The translations under genes were made by a program, and so were the position numbers. The notes beneath the pieces are model-generated. The model did not search any database, was not told where the DNA came from, and worked only from the letters and a program-made list of their open reading frames with translations. From an uncultured bacterium (GTDB taxonomy: Bacteria; Babelota; Babeliae; Babelales; Babelaceae): a stretch of 64,000 nt of DNA. The DNA lies in assembly GCA_963722385.1 (NCBI GenBank), contig CAVRKK010000001.1, positions 256,001 through 320,000 on the forward strand, written 5' to 3'. Numbering within the stretch: the first letter of the stretch is position 1; each line of letters opens with the position of its first letter. Shown here in pieces: positions 41,146-50,826 of the stretch.

Positions 41146-41694
41146 ATGCAACCAATGAAAACTTTAAACGACTGGCTACTAGCGAATGCTCATAGTGAAC
41201 GTTACTTGTTTACATCACAGGACTTGAGGAGTCTCTTCCCTAATTTATCTAACGGGGCTTTTAAAACGTTGCTTTCTCGAGCAGGTCAAGCTGGTTATTT
41301 GGAAAGATTATGCAGAGGATTATATGCCTACAAAAAGGCTATTCCATCCCATGGATTATTGTTATTCCATGCAGCAGCGCTCCTAAGAAGTAAAGAATTC
41401 AATTATATCAGCTTAGAAACTGTTTTAAGCGATGCAGGTATAATTTCTCAGGTACCTATAAATTGGATTTCTATTATGTCATCAGGAAGAAGTAATAAAG
41501 TGATTTGTGGCAGATTCGGTACAATAGAATTCATCCATACTAACAAGAAGCCACTTGAGGTTATGGACCAGTTAACCTATAATGCACAGCGCAAATTATG
41601 GCAGGCGAATGTGCAGCTTGCGATCAAGGATATGAAAGCAACACATAGAAATTGTGATTTAATAGATTGGGATATTGTTCATGAATTTATTTGA
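41146..41694 (+). CDS. type IV toxin-antitoxin antitoxin, AbiEi family
   Basis: LERLCRGLY, YISLETVLS..GIISQ.P, FGTIEF; overlaps the AbiEii gene. Confidence 0.85.
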   Translation: MQPMKTLNDWLLANAHSERYLFTSQDLRSLFPNLSNGAFKTLLSRAGQAGYLERLCRGLYAYKKAIPSHGLLLFHAAALLRSKEFNYISLETVLSDAGIISQVPINWISIMSSGRSNKVICGRFGTIEFIHTNKKPLEVMDQLTYNAQRKLWQANVQLAIKDMKATHRNCDLIDWDIVHEFI

Positions 41695-42574
41695 TAAGTT
41701 AACGGAAGAAGCATTAAAAAATCAACCAAATTTCTCACATTTAAGGATAGTCGTCGAAAAAGAGTTGTTACATCACGATATCTTAAGGGTGCTTCGTGAT
41801 AATAATCTAATTTCGAGCCTTACTTTTATAGGTGGAACCTGTTTAAGGAGCTGTTATGGAGGAGTAAGGCTTAGTGAAGATCTGGATTTTACCGGAGGTG
41901 CCGATTTTTCGAGAGATACTCTTTCTGCAATGGGAGAAATACTAACCAAAAGCTTGTACGACAAATATGATCTACAGGTTACCGTAAGCGAGCCAATAAA
42001 AGATAAACAAAATGTTGATACATGGAAAATCAAAATTCAAACAAGACCAGAGAGCAATAATATACCTTCCCAGCGTATTAATATTGATATTTGTGCATTA
42101 CCTTCCTATGAAAAGCAACCTATGATGCTGCTGAATCCTTATGGCGTAGATATGGGAACATCAGGGCTCATTATACAAGTGCAAAGCCGTGAAGAGATTT
42201 ATACTGACAAACTTATTGCATTTGCGTTTAGGCCAAATCGTATCAAATACCGCGACCTATGGGATATAATTTGGCTTAATGAACAAGGAATAAAACCAAG
42301 GTTACCTTTGATCCCTAAGAAACTTAAGGATCGAGGCCACACCAAAACCACTTTTTTTAGTTTATTTGAAAAACGCATCCAGCTACTTAAAGAAAGACCT
42401 GAAACAGCATTAGAATTTAAGCATGAAATGCAACGCTTTTTACCAATAGAACACGCTAACAAAACGCTCGAACAAGAACATCTATGGAATTTTATCATCT
42501 ATTTAATAGAAGATTTAGGAGCTCAGATTCGAAAAAATTGGAATCAAGTTTGGCGAGAAGCCATAGTTAAATGA
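41681..42574 (+). CDS. nucleotidyltransferase toxin, AbiEii/AbiGii family
   Basis: FIGGTCLR...RLSEDLDF, DKLIA..R, RDLWDI. Confidence 0.92.
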   Translation: MNLFDKLTEEALKNQPNFSHLRIVVEKELLHHDILRVLRDNNLISSLTFIGGTCLRSCYGGVRLSEDLDFTGGADFSRDTLSAMGEILTKSLYDKYDLQVTVSEPIKDKQNVDTWKIKIQTRPESNNIPSQRINIDICALPSYEKQPMMLLNPYGVDMGTSGLIIQVQSREEIYTDKLIAFAFRPNRIKYRDLWDIIWLNEQGIKPRLPLIPKKLKDRGHTKTTFFSLFEKRIQLLKERPETALEFKHEMQRFLPIEHANKTLEQEHLWNFIIYLIEDLGAQIRKNWNQVWREAIVK

Positions 42575-42584
42575 TGTAAACTTT

Positions 42585-43310
42585 TCAAGCCTTCTCTATA
42601 CCTACTAATGAAAAAGTGTTGGTAGAGTTACAGTAATCTATTTCCACAACTGAACAGTTTGGTATAGGTTCAACTCGTTCAGTAAGATGAGTAATAAAAA
42701 GTTTGATAAGACCACCATGAGTTACGACAGCAACGGTTTTACCTTGTTGACTATTCGCAATATTTTTCAAGAATGTTTCTATCCGAGTAAATGATTGTGC
42801 TTTATTTTCAGCGTGAGGAACAGGCGTATGGTGCCACCGTTCCCATCGATCAGAATACCGAGCTAGCAATTGCTCATAAGCGGAAGCATAACGTTTATTA
42901 AACTCAGACTCTAGCATACCCTCGGCATCCCCATTATATATTTCACGAATATTCGAATCAGGAATAACAGGTTTTTCAAAAGCTATAGAAATTTCATGTG
43001 CTGTAGCCAAGGCCCGCTGAAGATCTGATGAATAGATAGCATCTATTTTCCTTTTGTTATTCAACAAAAGTTGTGCAACACATTTCGCTTGACGTATTCC
43101 TTCTTGGTTAATAGGAATATCAGAAAGTCCTCCTTGAATTCTTTGCTGCGTATTCCAATCAGTTTTGCCATGACGTATGAGTAAAAATTTTGTTATACAA
43201 GACGAGGTATCTTCTTGAGCATTGTTATTTATTTGGTTGGATAAAAAGTAGGCAATGATTATCGCCAGAATCGACAGAAAAGCAATGTGCAAAGCTCGTG
43301 AATAGGTCAT
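42585..43310 (-). CDS. histidine phosphatase family protein with N-terminal anchor
   Basis: LIRHG.TDWN, SSDLQRA, VVTHGG, N-terminal hydrophobic helix. Confidence 0.9.
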   Translation of the reverse strand: MTYSRALHIAFLSILAIIIAYFLSNQINNNAQEDTSSCITKFLLIRHGKTDWNTQQRIQGGLSDIPINQEGIRQAKCVAQLLLNNKRKIDAIYSSDLQRALATAHEISIAFEKPVIPDSNIREIYNGDAEGMLESEFNKRYASAYEQLLARYSDRWERWHHTPVPHAENKAQSFTRIETFLKNIANSQQGKTVAVVTHGGLIKLFITHLTERVEPIPNCSVVEIDYCNSTNTFSLVGIEKA

Positions 43311-43789
43311 AGTTTAATTTTTTTCTAGAATTATTCTATAATTTTATTAAGTATAGCATACTGGCAAGCAGAGGTAAAATCTATTTTTGAAAGGCACGAG
43401 CTTATTAAAATTATGGCCAAATATGCTACTTAGTTTCGTGCAGCTCTACCTGGACGAGCAACCAAGGGTGGTATACCTTATTGACGCATTCAAGAGCAAA
43501 CATGCTTTAATATTACATCAATTATTTTCGTGACTATAGCCGTTTTTTCCTTTTCAGGTTTTTTTAAATTTACCTGCTTTGGCCATTTAATATGTCCGGA
43601 AATATGCCCGGTCCTCAATAAAGGCCCACCTCAACGGAGGGTTCTCTATTTTCTGACTCCTCAAGGAAAGTAAGCAAGCAAAGGATTTTTGGTAGTTTCG
43701 TAATCAACCCTGCCAGTTTTTGCTTCAGGGTTTTGCAGGGTTCTTAAGTTATGCCCCAAAATAGCAAAGTTACAACTTTGGAATGATCA

Positions 43790-43915
43790 TCATGCTCATA
43801 ATTAGCATAACCATATCCTTTGCTGATAATAATTTTTCCATCTCTCGCAACTAGGACTACGCCATTAAAATTACCGTACCTTTGTATATAGGTATCGATT
43901 TTTTGAGCAAGCTTT
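43790..43915 (-). pseudogene. serine hydrolase/beta-lactamase family N-terminal fragment
   Basis: KLAQKIDTYIQRYGNFNGVVLVARDGKIIISKGYGYANYE on the minus strand, with no start or continuation. Confidence 0.6.
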
Positions 43916-44218
43916 CGATGAAGACTAAATCTTCCGATTTATAGGGTATGCTAATTTCGTATAATTGAACTCATATCCAAATTAAAGAAAAGAATTTCTT
44001 TAAAACGCACCTAACTAAGTAGCAAGCGGGTGGTCACCTCGAATGGTAGGTTAAATTCCTTTTATGATATGCTTGTGTGCAGAGGAGCTTTAAATAGCTT
44101 CCTTTTTTATGAGAAAAAACATCTTAACGCTTAATATTCTGTATTTAGGAAAGATAGATGATACAAATATTTTTCATATCAGGTTTTTTGCATCGGTTAA
44201 CCCTGTTAGCCTTTGCTA

Positions 44219-45342
44219 TAGACATCACACTTTAAAAATAGACTAAAACGGTAAACTGTTTTGGCAAAAGGGAGTGTTTTAAAATGCCAAGACAGATTGT
44301 TTTAAACCAAGCACAAATTGAAGATCTTAAAGCATTTTCAAAAAACAAAGAAACAAACACGAAAGAATCGCTGCGTAGCCAAGCGATTTTAATGCTTAAT
44401 AGAAGATTCGATTTAGGAATTATTGAAGAGCTAACTGGGTTTAAAAGAAGTTCAATATTTACATTGCGAAACAATTTTCTGCGGAAAGGAATCGACGGGA
44501 TTAGGGACAAGCGTAAAAAAAAGACTCGATCACTGCTGACTAAAGGCCAACGAACACAAATTTTAGAGACGCTCAAAAATAATACTCCTCGAGATTACGG
44601 ATTTGATGAGGATTACTGGACAACTTGGTCATTAGGACATCTTATTCGCGAGCAATATGATGTAAAATATAAATCAAAAACCTCATTGTATCTTATTTTT
44701 AAAGAAGCGCGTTTTACATTTCACAAGCCTGGAAAGGTTTATCAGAAACGTGATGAACAGCAGGTTCAGAAATGGAAAGAAGAAGTAATGCCTGTAATTA
44801 AAAAAGCCTGGAATAGTGATCAGATCGAGATATTCGCTGCTGACGAAATGATTCTTTCATCAACAACAACATTCCAAAAAATTTGGTTGCCCGCCGGCGA
44901 GTACCCTAAAATTGAGGCCACAAGCACACGAGAAAATCGGGCATTTTATGGGTTTTTAAACATAAAAACAGGCCGAGAACATGCTTTCATCACAGAAAAA
45001 CAAAACATGTATATTACGGTAGATGTGTTAAAGCAGCTTAGACGTAATTATCCGAAAAGCAGATTGCTTTTGATTTGGGATAATGCAGGATGGCATCGAG
45101 GGTCAGCCGTCCAGGAATTTTTAAAAGGAGATAAAAACATCGATTTAATCTACTTTCCAGCATATGCTCCTGAAGAAAACCCGCAAGAGAAGGTTTGGAA
45201 AGCTGCTCGCAAAAATGTTTCACATAATCGTTTCATCGATAATATCAAGCAAATATCAAATGATTTTGCTGAATTTTTAAATAACACTTTCTTTGAGTAC
45301 AGTTTGCTGGGCTTTAAGTCTAAAACCTAAATGTGATGTCTA
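44219..45342 (+). mobile_element. IS630-family insertion sequence
   Basis: Terminal inverted repeats (TA)TAGACATCACA / TGTGATGTCTA(TA) with flanking TA. Exact ends are ambiguous by 2 bp. Confidence 0.9.
44284..45330 (+). CDS. IS630 transposase
   Basis: HTH region; DDE motifs AADE, WDNAGWH, PAYAPEENPQE..W. Confidence 0.93.
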   Translation: MPRQIVLNQAQIEDLKAFSKNKETNTKESLRSQAILMLNRRFDLGIIEELTGFKRSSIFTLRNNFLRKGIDGIRDKRKKKTRSLLTKGQRTQILETLKNNTPRDYGFDEDYWTTWSLGHLIREQYDVKYKSKTSLYLIFKEARFTFHKPGKVYQKRDEQQVQKWKEEVMPVIKKAWNSDQIEIFAADEMILSSTTTFQKIWLPAGEYPKIEATSTRENRAFYGFLNIKTGREHAFITEKQNMYITVDVLKQLRRNYPKSRLLLIWDNAGWHRGSAVQEFLKGDKNIDLIYFPAYAPEENPQEKVWKAARKNVSHNRFIDNIKQISNDFAEFLNNTFFEYSLLGFKSKT

Positions 45343-45551
45343 TAGCTCATAAGTAGATACGCCAAGAATTCGGGGGTACCTAAGCGACGCATTCGGGAAT
45401 AGATAAATCAGATTTTAAGGTAATCAAACAACCTATCCTAAAACGGATCAATTTTCGCCTTTGGTTGATCAGATCGTTAAAAAGCTCTCTCAAATACTTG
45501 CTTTTGTAACATAATAATGTTACGATTATAAATCTTAAAAGTCTTGTAGAG

Positions 45552-45941
45552 GTGGCAATGGCCAAGAAACATATAGTATATACTGGTCGAGAGTTTACTA
45601 TAGAATGGTATTACGATGAACGAGGACAAAGCGGAGCTCGCGACTACTTCGACAATTTAGTTATCGAAAGAAGAAAGAAAGCATTTTATTTATTCAGGAC
45701 GATGGGAGATCTTGGAGAAATCTTAAATATTGAAAAATTTAGGAATGAAGGAGATCAGATTTACGCATTTAAGCCTAGCCCTGATAGATTCCTTTGTTTC
45801 TTTATTAAAGGGTCAAAGATTATAATAACTAATGCATTTCATAAGAAAGGCGATAAATTGCCTCAAGGTGAAAAAGAAAGAGCTCTTAAGTATAAAGAAA
45901 GTTATCTCAAAAGAATTAAACTAGGAAACTATTATGAATAA
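45552..45941 (+). CDS. type II toxin, RelE/ParE (Gp49-like) family
   Basis: IEWYYD..G.S, IYAFK..RFLCF, IIITNAFHKK..K.P..E..RA. Confidence 0.85.
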   Translation: MAMAKKHIVYTGREFTIEWYYDERGQSGARDYFDNLVIERRKKAFYLFRTMGDLGEILNIEKFRNEGDQIYAFKPSPDRFLCFFIKGSKIIITNAFHKKGDKLPQGEKERALKYKESYLKRIKLGNYYE

Positions 45942-46296
45942 AAAAGAGTTAAGCAGCTACGATGAGTTTATTGAAAGTCTTAGCCAAAAGGACCGTGAAA
46001 ACTTTGAGAAAGGATATAGAGAGTTTTTGCTATCTGAGCTGCTTCTTGCCATCATGAGAGATAATGAAGTATCGGTAAGAAAATTAGCAAAAGAAGCCGG
46101 AGTTTCCCCAACTATCGTACAAGAGTTACGATCGGGCAAAAGAAAAAATATTACTTTGCAAAACTTTGTAAGTATTCTTAGCTCATTGGGATACTCACTT
46201 ATCGTTGAAAGACGGGCAAGACAAGGCTTAAAGAAGACAAGAATGGTTCTACATAACCCGCAAAATTTTAGCAATCAGCTGTCCAAAAGTAGATAG
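45934..46296 (+). CDS. HTH (XRE) antitoxin
   Basis: SVRKLAKEAGVSPTIVQELRSG; overlaps the toxin stop. Confidence 0.85.
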   Translation: MNKKELSSYDEFIESLSQKDRENFEKGYREFLLSELLLAIMRDNEVSVRKLAKEAGVSPTIVQELRSGKRKNITLQNFVSILSSLGYSLIVERRARQGLKKTRMVLHNPQNFSNQLSKSR

Positions 46297-46304
46297 CACA
46301 TCTA

Positions 46305-47219
46305 TTGTTCAAGTCTATAGGTTTTATGGATAAAAAAGATTTATTACAGCTTATTGGCCCGCTCCCTATCAAAGTTAATTTAAACGCAAAAACAGTTGAA
46401 TTAGTAGACTGTGGGTCTTATATTCGTGAAAAAGTAGAATATAGCACTGAAAATAATGATAGAATACCTGCCTACATTCTTATACCAAAGAACTTGAAAT
46501 CTTCTATGCCGGCAATCTATTGTCATCATCAACATGCAGGCAACTTTAAACTCGGAAAAAGTGAAGTCGTAGGGCTGGCTGGGGATTCTAACCAAGCATT
46601 AGCTGTGGAACTTGTAGAGCGTGGGTATATTACTTTTGCTCCTGATGCGATTGCTTTTGAGGAAAGAAACTGGACAGAAGATAAGTCGGGTAGAGCAGAG
46701 TATTTTGAGCTAGCTACTCGTATCGTAAGAGGCTATACCCTGCTTGCAAAAGTTTTACATGATATGTCGGTAGGACTTGATTATCTAAGTAGTAGGGCAG
46801 AAGTGGATGCAACGAAAATCGGCTTTATTGGCCATTCTTATGGCGGCCGAATGGCTATTTGGTCCCCGGCATTTGATAAGCGTATAAAAGTTTCAGTCTC
46901 AAACTGCGGATGTGTGAATTATAAAGATTCTCTCTCAAGATATATTGGAATTCAAATGGAATTTTGCATTCCAAATATTATGAGATATGGAGACATCGAA
47001 GACATAGTTAAATTAATAGCTCCGATACCATTCTATATTTCAGCTACCAATGAGGATATATGGAGCAAGGGAGCTGAAAAAATCTATAATTATGCTAAAC
47101 CCTCATTTGTAGATACTGAGTTAAAATTAAAAATATGGCCCGGTAAACACATCTTTACTAGAGAAATGAGAGAAGAAGCATATTTATTTTTAGACACATA
47201 CCTTAAAAAGACTGAATAA
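46305..47219 (+). CDS. alpha/beta hydrolase (acetyl-xylan-esterase/dienelactone-hydrolase-like)
   Basis: IPAYILIP, GFIGHSYGG nucleophile elbow, GKHIF; real start may be 46326. Confidence 0.85.
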   Translation: MFKSIGFMDKKDLLQLIGPLPIKVNLNAKTVELVDCGSYIREKVEYSTENNDRIPAYILIPKNLKSSMPAIYCHHQHAGNFKLGKSEVVGLAGDSNQALAVELVERGYITFAPDAIAFEERNWTEDKSGRAEYFELATRIVRGYTLLAKVLHDMSVGLDYLSSRAEVDATKIGFIGHSYGGRMAIWSPAFDKRIKVSVSNCGCVNYKDSLSRYIGIQMEFCIPNIMRYGDIEDIVKLIAPIPFYISATNEDIWSKGAEKIYNYAKPSFVDTELKLKIWPGKHIFTREMREEAYLFLDTYLKKTE

Positions 47220-47348
47220 GATTCATTCCATATTGTGAGCTACGACTCGTGAGCATTTGCTTACTTTGTAAAAAGAGGCACTAAAATTATAATGATGCTG
47301 GCCTTTTCGCTGCAGCTAATACGAGACCCCATTCGTGACGTTGGCAAA

Positions 47349-47541
47349 GAAGGTGATGGTATATATGCTTTTAAAACTCACTATGATAGATTTCTCTGTT
47401 TTTTCTTCGAAGGCGCAAAGGTAATCGTAACTTGCAGACCAAAAGGCAAGCAATAAGATGACTCATGCAGAGAAAAGCAAATCGCTATTTCGCAGAGAAG
47501 ATTATAAAAAAAGGGTAAATTTAGGAGGATACTATGAATAG
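47349..47541 (+). pseudogene. decayed second RelE/ParE toxin copy
   Basis: EGDGIYAFKTHYDRFLCFFFEGAKVIVT and EDYKKRVNLGGYYE* match the toxin at 45552. Confidence 0.75.
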
Positions 47542-47973
47542 GAACGAAAATAAGGGTACCGTTGATTACTTCTTGAATCTTTAACTCCCAAAGAACGACA
47601 TAAGCATGAAGAAAGTTACAAAGATTTTCTTGTATCAGAAATGATTATTGCAGCTATGGAAAATGACGATGTATCCGTAAGAGAGCTTGCAAAAACGGCT
47701 GGCATTTCACCCACAACGGTACAAAATCTTCGGTCAGGTATATCAGACTCAGGAGTTAAAAGTTTGCTTAAGACTTTTAAAAGCCTTGGCTACTCAATAT
47801 TTGCCGAAAAGGGTGATGAAAGATTAACCCTTGTAGAAGCCGCAACACCTAAAAAATCTAATTTAGCTCAACGGTCAACAAAGGCTACTAAAGCAAAAGA
47901 AAAAACTAAGGCATATAAGAGAGAAATAGAAGAAATATCAACGATCGCTCCCAAAATAGCTAGACGCAAATAG
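47534..47973 (+). pseudogene. second HTH antitoxin copy, frameshifted near 47570
   Basis: AGGAGG SD; SVRELAKTAGISPTTVQNLRSG; paralog of 45934-46296. Confidence 0.7.
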
Positions 47974-48010
47974 ATAGAAACCTAAAAACCTTGTGCTTTT
48001 ATATGACTTG

Positions 48011-49754
48011 ATGAAAGCAATACTTATTGCTCGCCTAAGCACAGAAGACCAAAGAAAAGCAGGCAACTTTTTGCCCGCACCAATTACGCGACTTGAAAAA
48101 TACTGTCAAAACATAAGCTTCGAAATCATCCCAATATGCAGACTTTAATGAAAGCGCTTATTCAGATGAGCGTACAGAATTTGACCGTATTATTGATCTT
48201 ATTTTAAAGCAAAAAGAGAAGATAGCTGTTTGTTGTGATAAAGTAGATCGCTTATCACGTAATATATTTGATAAGCGGGTTCCTATCCTGTATAAGAAAG
48301 CTCTACAGGATCAAATTGAGATGCATTTTGTATCTGATGGGCAAATAATTACCAGTAAAATATCAGCTACTGAGAAATTCCAATTTGGGATCAGCCTCGG
48401 ACTTGCAAAATACTATTCAGATGCCATCAGTGATAACGTGAGGCGAGGTATTGAGCAAAAGCTTCGTAAAGGAGAATGGCCTGGCAAAGCTCCTTTTGGG
48501 TATAAAAATATTGTCTTGGAAAATGGCAAAAATGATATCGCTGTTGATGATTATAACGCAATAGTACTCAAGCAAGTATATGAGCTTTATGCAACAGGTA
48601 CCTACTCAATGCAAACCCTCCGCAAAAAGTTTGCCGACCAATATGGTATTAAGTGGTCGAGCGGCTTTATTGATATGGTGCTCAAAAATCCGTTTTATTA
48701 CGGTGTTATGCTAGCAAAAGGTAAACTTTATCCGCATCGATATCCTCCTCTTATTACTCACGCATTATTTGACCAGGTTCAGAAAATAAAAGCCTCATTT
48801 AATAAGAAGCCGGTGAAATTCGCTGGACGCCCTTATGTCTACCGAGGACTATTCCGCTGCGGCGAATGTGGATTGTACATAACGCCAGAAAAGCATAAGG
48901 GCTTGGTGTATTACCATTGCACTCAATACCATGGCAAGCATGGTGCAAAATGGTTCAGGGAAGAGACAATAACGAAGCGGTTAGGCGAAGTTTTTAAGCG
49001 TTTACAGATGCCACCCGAAATCGTAAGCGAGATAACGAGCACTCTCGATGAAGTCCAAAAAACTAAGACAGAATTCTATGACAAGCATTTGAATGAGCTC
49101 AAGAGAAAGCAAAAAGAAAACAACACCATGTTGGACAATCTTTACCTTGATAAACTCAAACGGAGAATTACTGAGGAGCAGTATGACAAATTTTACACAA
49201 CTCTCCGCGAGGAAGGTGAAGATATTGCCATCAGGCTTGAGCAATTACAGGAGGCTGATGACAACTTCAGAATCACCGCAAAATACGTTCTGGATCTAAG
49301 TAATCGAGCGCATGATCTTTTTATAAATTCAGGATTTGAAGAAAAAAGGCAACTTATTAAGCTCGTACTATCGAACTTGAGAATGGAAGGCGAAAACATC
49401 GTCTACGACGTTCAAAAACACTTCGATGTGATAATAAAAAATGGGGATGATATGCTATGGCTGGGGCGGAAGGATTCGAACCTCCGAATGCCAGGACCAA
49501 AACCTGGTGCCTTACCACTTGGCTACGCCCCAAAAATTAATTTCTATAAAACGGCTATATCGGAATCGCCAAACTCTTTGAGGACCGATTCCTCAATATG
49601 TTTTCGCATATTCGAGTTAAGCGGATGGGCAACGTCGCGAAATGAGCCATCTTTTCGTCGCCGCGAAGGCATCGATACGAACAGCCCTTTATGGCCTTCT
49701 ATAACTTTTAAGTCGCGTATAATGAAACTATCATCAAAGACAATTGTTGCGTAA
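48011..49754 (+). pseudogene. large serine recombinase (resolvase + recombinase + Zn ribbon), frameshifted near 48140
   Basis: MKAILIARLSTEDQ (catalytic Ser), then shifted DKVDRLSR, APFGY, LKNPFYYG, CGECG..YYHC. The frame runs antisense through tRNA-Gln and spoVG. Confidence 0.88.
49458..49532 (-). tRNA. tRNA-Gln(UUG)
   Basis: TGGGGCGTAGCCAAGTGGTAAGGCA-CCAGG-TTTTGGT-CCTGG-CATTCGGAGGTTCGAATCCTTCCGCCCCAGCCA. Confidence 0.97.
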
Positions 49755-49810
49755 GCTTTAAGCCGACCCGTCTCTTTCGCCGGGTAGACCTTAACTTCGG
49801 TAATTTCCAT
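49544..49810 (-). CDS. spoVG: septation regulator SpoVG
   Basis: MEITEVKV, LKAYATIVFDD.FII, GLFVSMPSR, FRDVAHP. Confidence 0.93.
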   Translation of the reverse strand: MEITEVKVYPAKETGRLKAYATIVFDDSFIIRDLKVIEGHKGLFVSMPSRRRKDGSFRDVAHPLNSNMRKHIEESVLKEFGDSDIAVL

Positions 49811-49913
49811 TTGCCCGTGCCTTATCTTCATCGTACTAATACTTTCTTAAATTGTACGCTGAATCGCCCATGTTGTCAACATGCTAAAGTTGCTTAAGCT
49901 CACAAGCAACTAC

Positions 49914-50822
49914 CTATATGCCCGAGTGGGATTTGCGCTCACCTGCGCGTAAGCGGGCCGATCGGGCTGAAGGATTGTACCGAATTTCTTCAGGTGTTGC
50001 CTTGACCGCTTTTGCCGTTAGCAGGTTAAAATCATGTCGATGATCCCGTAAAAAATTTTTAACGAGACGGTCTTCAAGAGAGTGAAAACTAATGCATACA
50101 AGTCGTCCCTGGGGCGCTAAGACCGTGAGGCTTTGCGACAGAAGCGCGCGAATATTATCGAGCTCATGGTTGACCGCGATCCGAAAAGCTTGAAAAACGC
50201 GTGTCGCAGGATGAATGCGACTACGCGGGTTTCGCCCAATAACCGAGGCAATAATATCAGCTAGTTGCCCCGTGGTTTTTATAGGGCGGATTCGCCGTGC
50301 CTCGATTAATGCTCTGGCAAGACGACGGGATTGCGGTTCTTCGCCATATTCATGAATTATATAAGCCAATTCTTCCTCAGAAGCCTTGTTAACCAAGTGA
50401 TAAGCCGTATAGCGCTGATGGGCAGGTGACATGCGCATATCAAGCGCTGTATCATGAGCAAATGAAAAACCAGGCTTTTGGAAAATTTGGTAGGTCGATG
50501 TACCGAAGTCAGCAAGAATGCCATCTACTTGTCCGATTTGATGGCGTTTAAGCAATAAACCAAGCTGGGAAAAACTTCCCCATATGGCTTTAAAGCGCTG
50601 GCCAAACTCTTGCTCAATGGGAGGAGCATTTTGTTCAATCGCCGTTTTATCCCAATCAACACCTATAACTTTGCACGCGGGTTGTTGGGTTAGGAGGGCG
50701 CGAGTATGCCCTCCACCACCAAAAGTCGCATCGATATAAGTTCCACTAGGCTTCGGCGCCATATAATGCACTACTTCTTCTACCAAAACTGGTTTGTGAT
50801 AGCTTGATTCGATCGTTTCCAT
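49914..50822 (-). CDS. rsmH: 16S rRNA m4C1402 methyltransferase
   Basis: HKPVL, DATFGGGGH, LDMRM, HPATRVFQA.RI.VN.EL, ISFHSLEDR, NP.ARSA.LR. Confidence 0.96.
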   Translation of the reverse strand: METIESSYHKPVLVEEVVHYMAPKPSGTYIDATFGGGGHTRALLTQQPACKVIGVDWDKTAIEQNAPPIEQEFGQRFKAIWGSFSQLGLLLKRHQIGQVDGILADFGTSTYQIFQKPGFSFAHDTALDMRMSPAHQRYTAYHLVNKASEEELAYIIHEYGEEPQSRRLARALIEARRIRPIKTTGQLADIIASVIGRNPRSRIHPATRVFQAFRIAVNHELDNIRALLSQSLTVLAPQGRLVCISFHSLEDRLVKNFLRDHRHDFNLLTAKAVKATPEEIRYNPSARSARLRAGERKSHSGI

Positions 50823-50826
50823 CTAC

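Larger units (their letters stand above)
40949..49463. mobile_element. genomic island integrated at the tRNA-Gln 3' end
   Basis: Direct repeat TATGGCTG at 40949-40956 and 49456-49463, the latter overlapping the tRNA 3' end. Serine recombinase at the tRNA end; AT-rich cargo of TA modules. Confidence 0.7.

Noticed and set aside
49464..49754. Recombinase C-terminal ~97 aa as a genuine domain
   Set aside because: It is the antisense translation of tRNA-Gln and spoVG.
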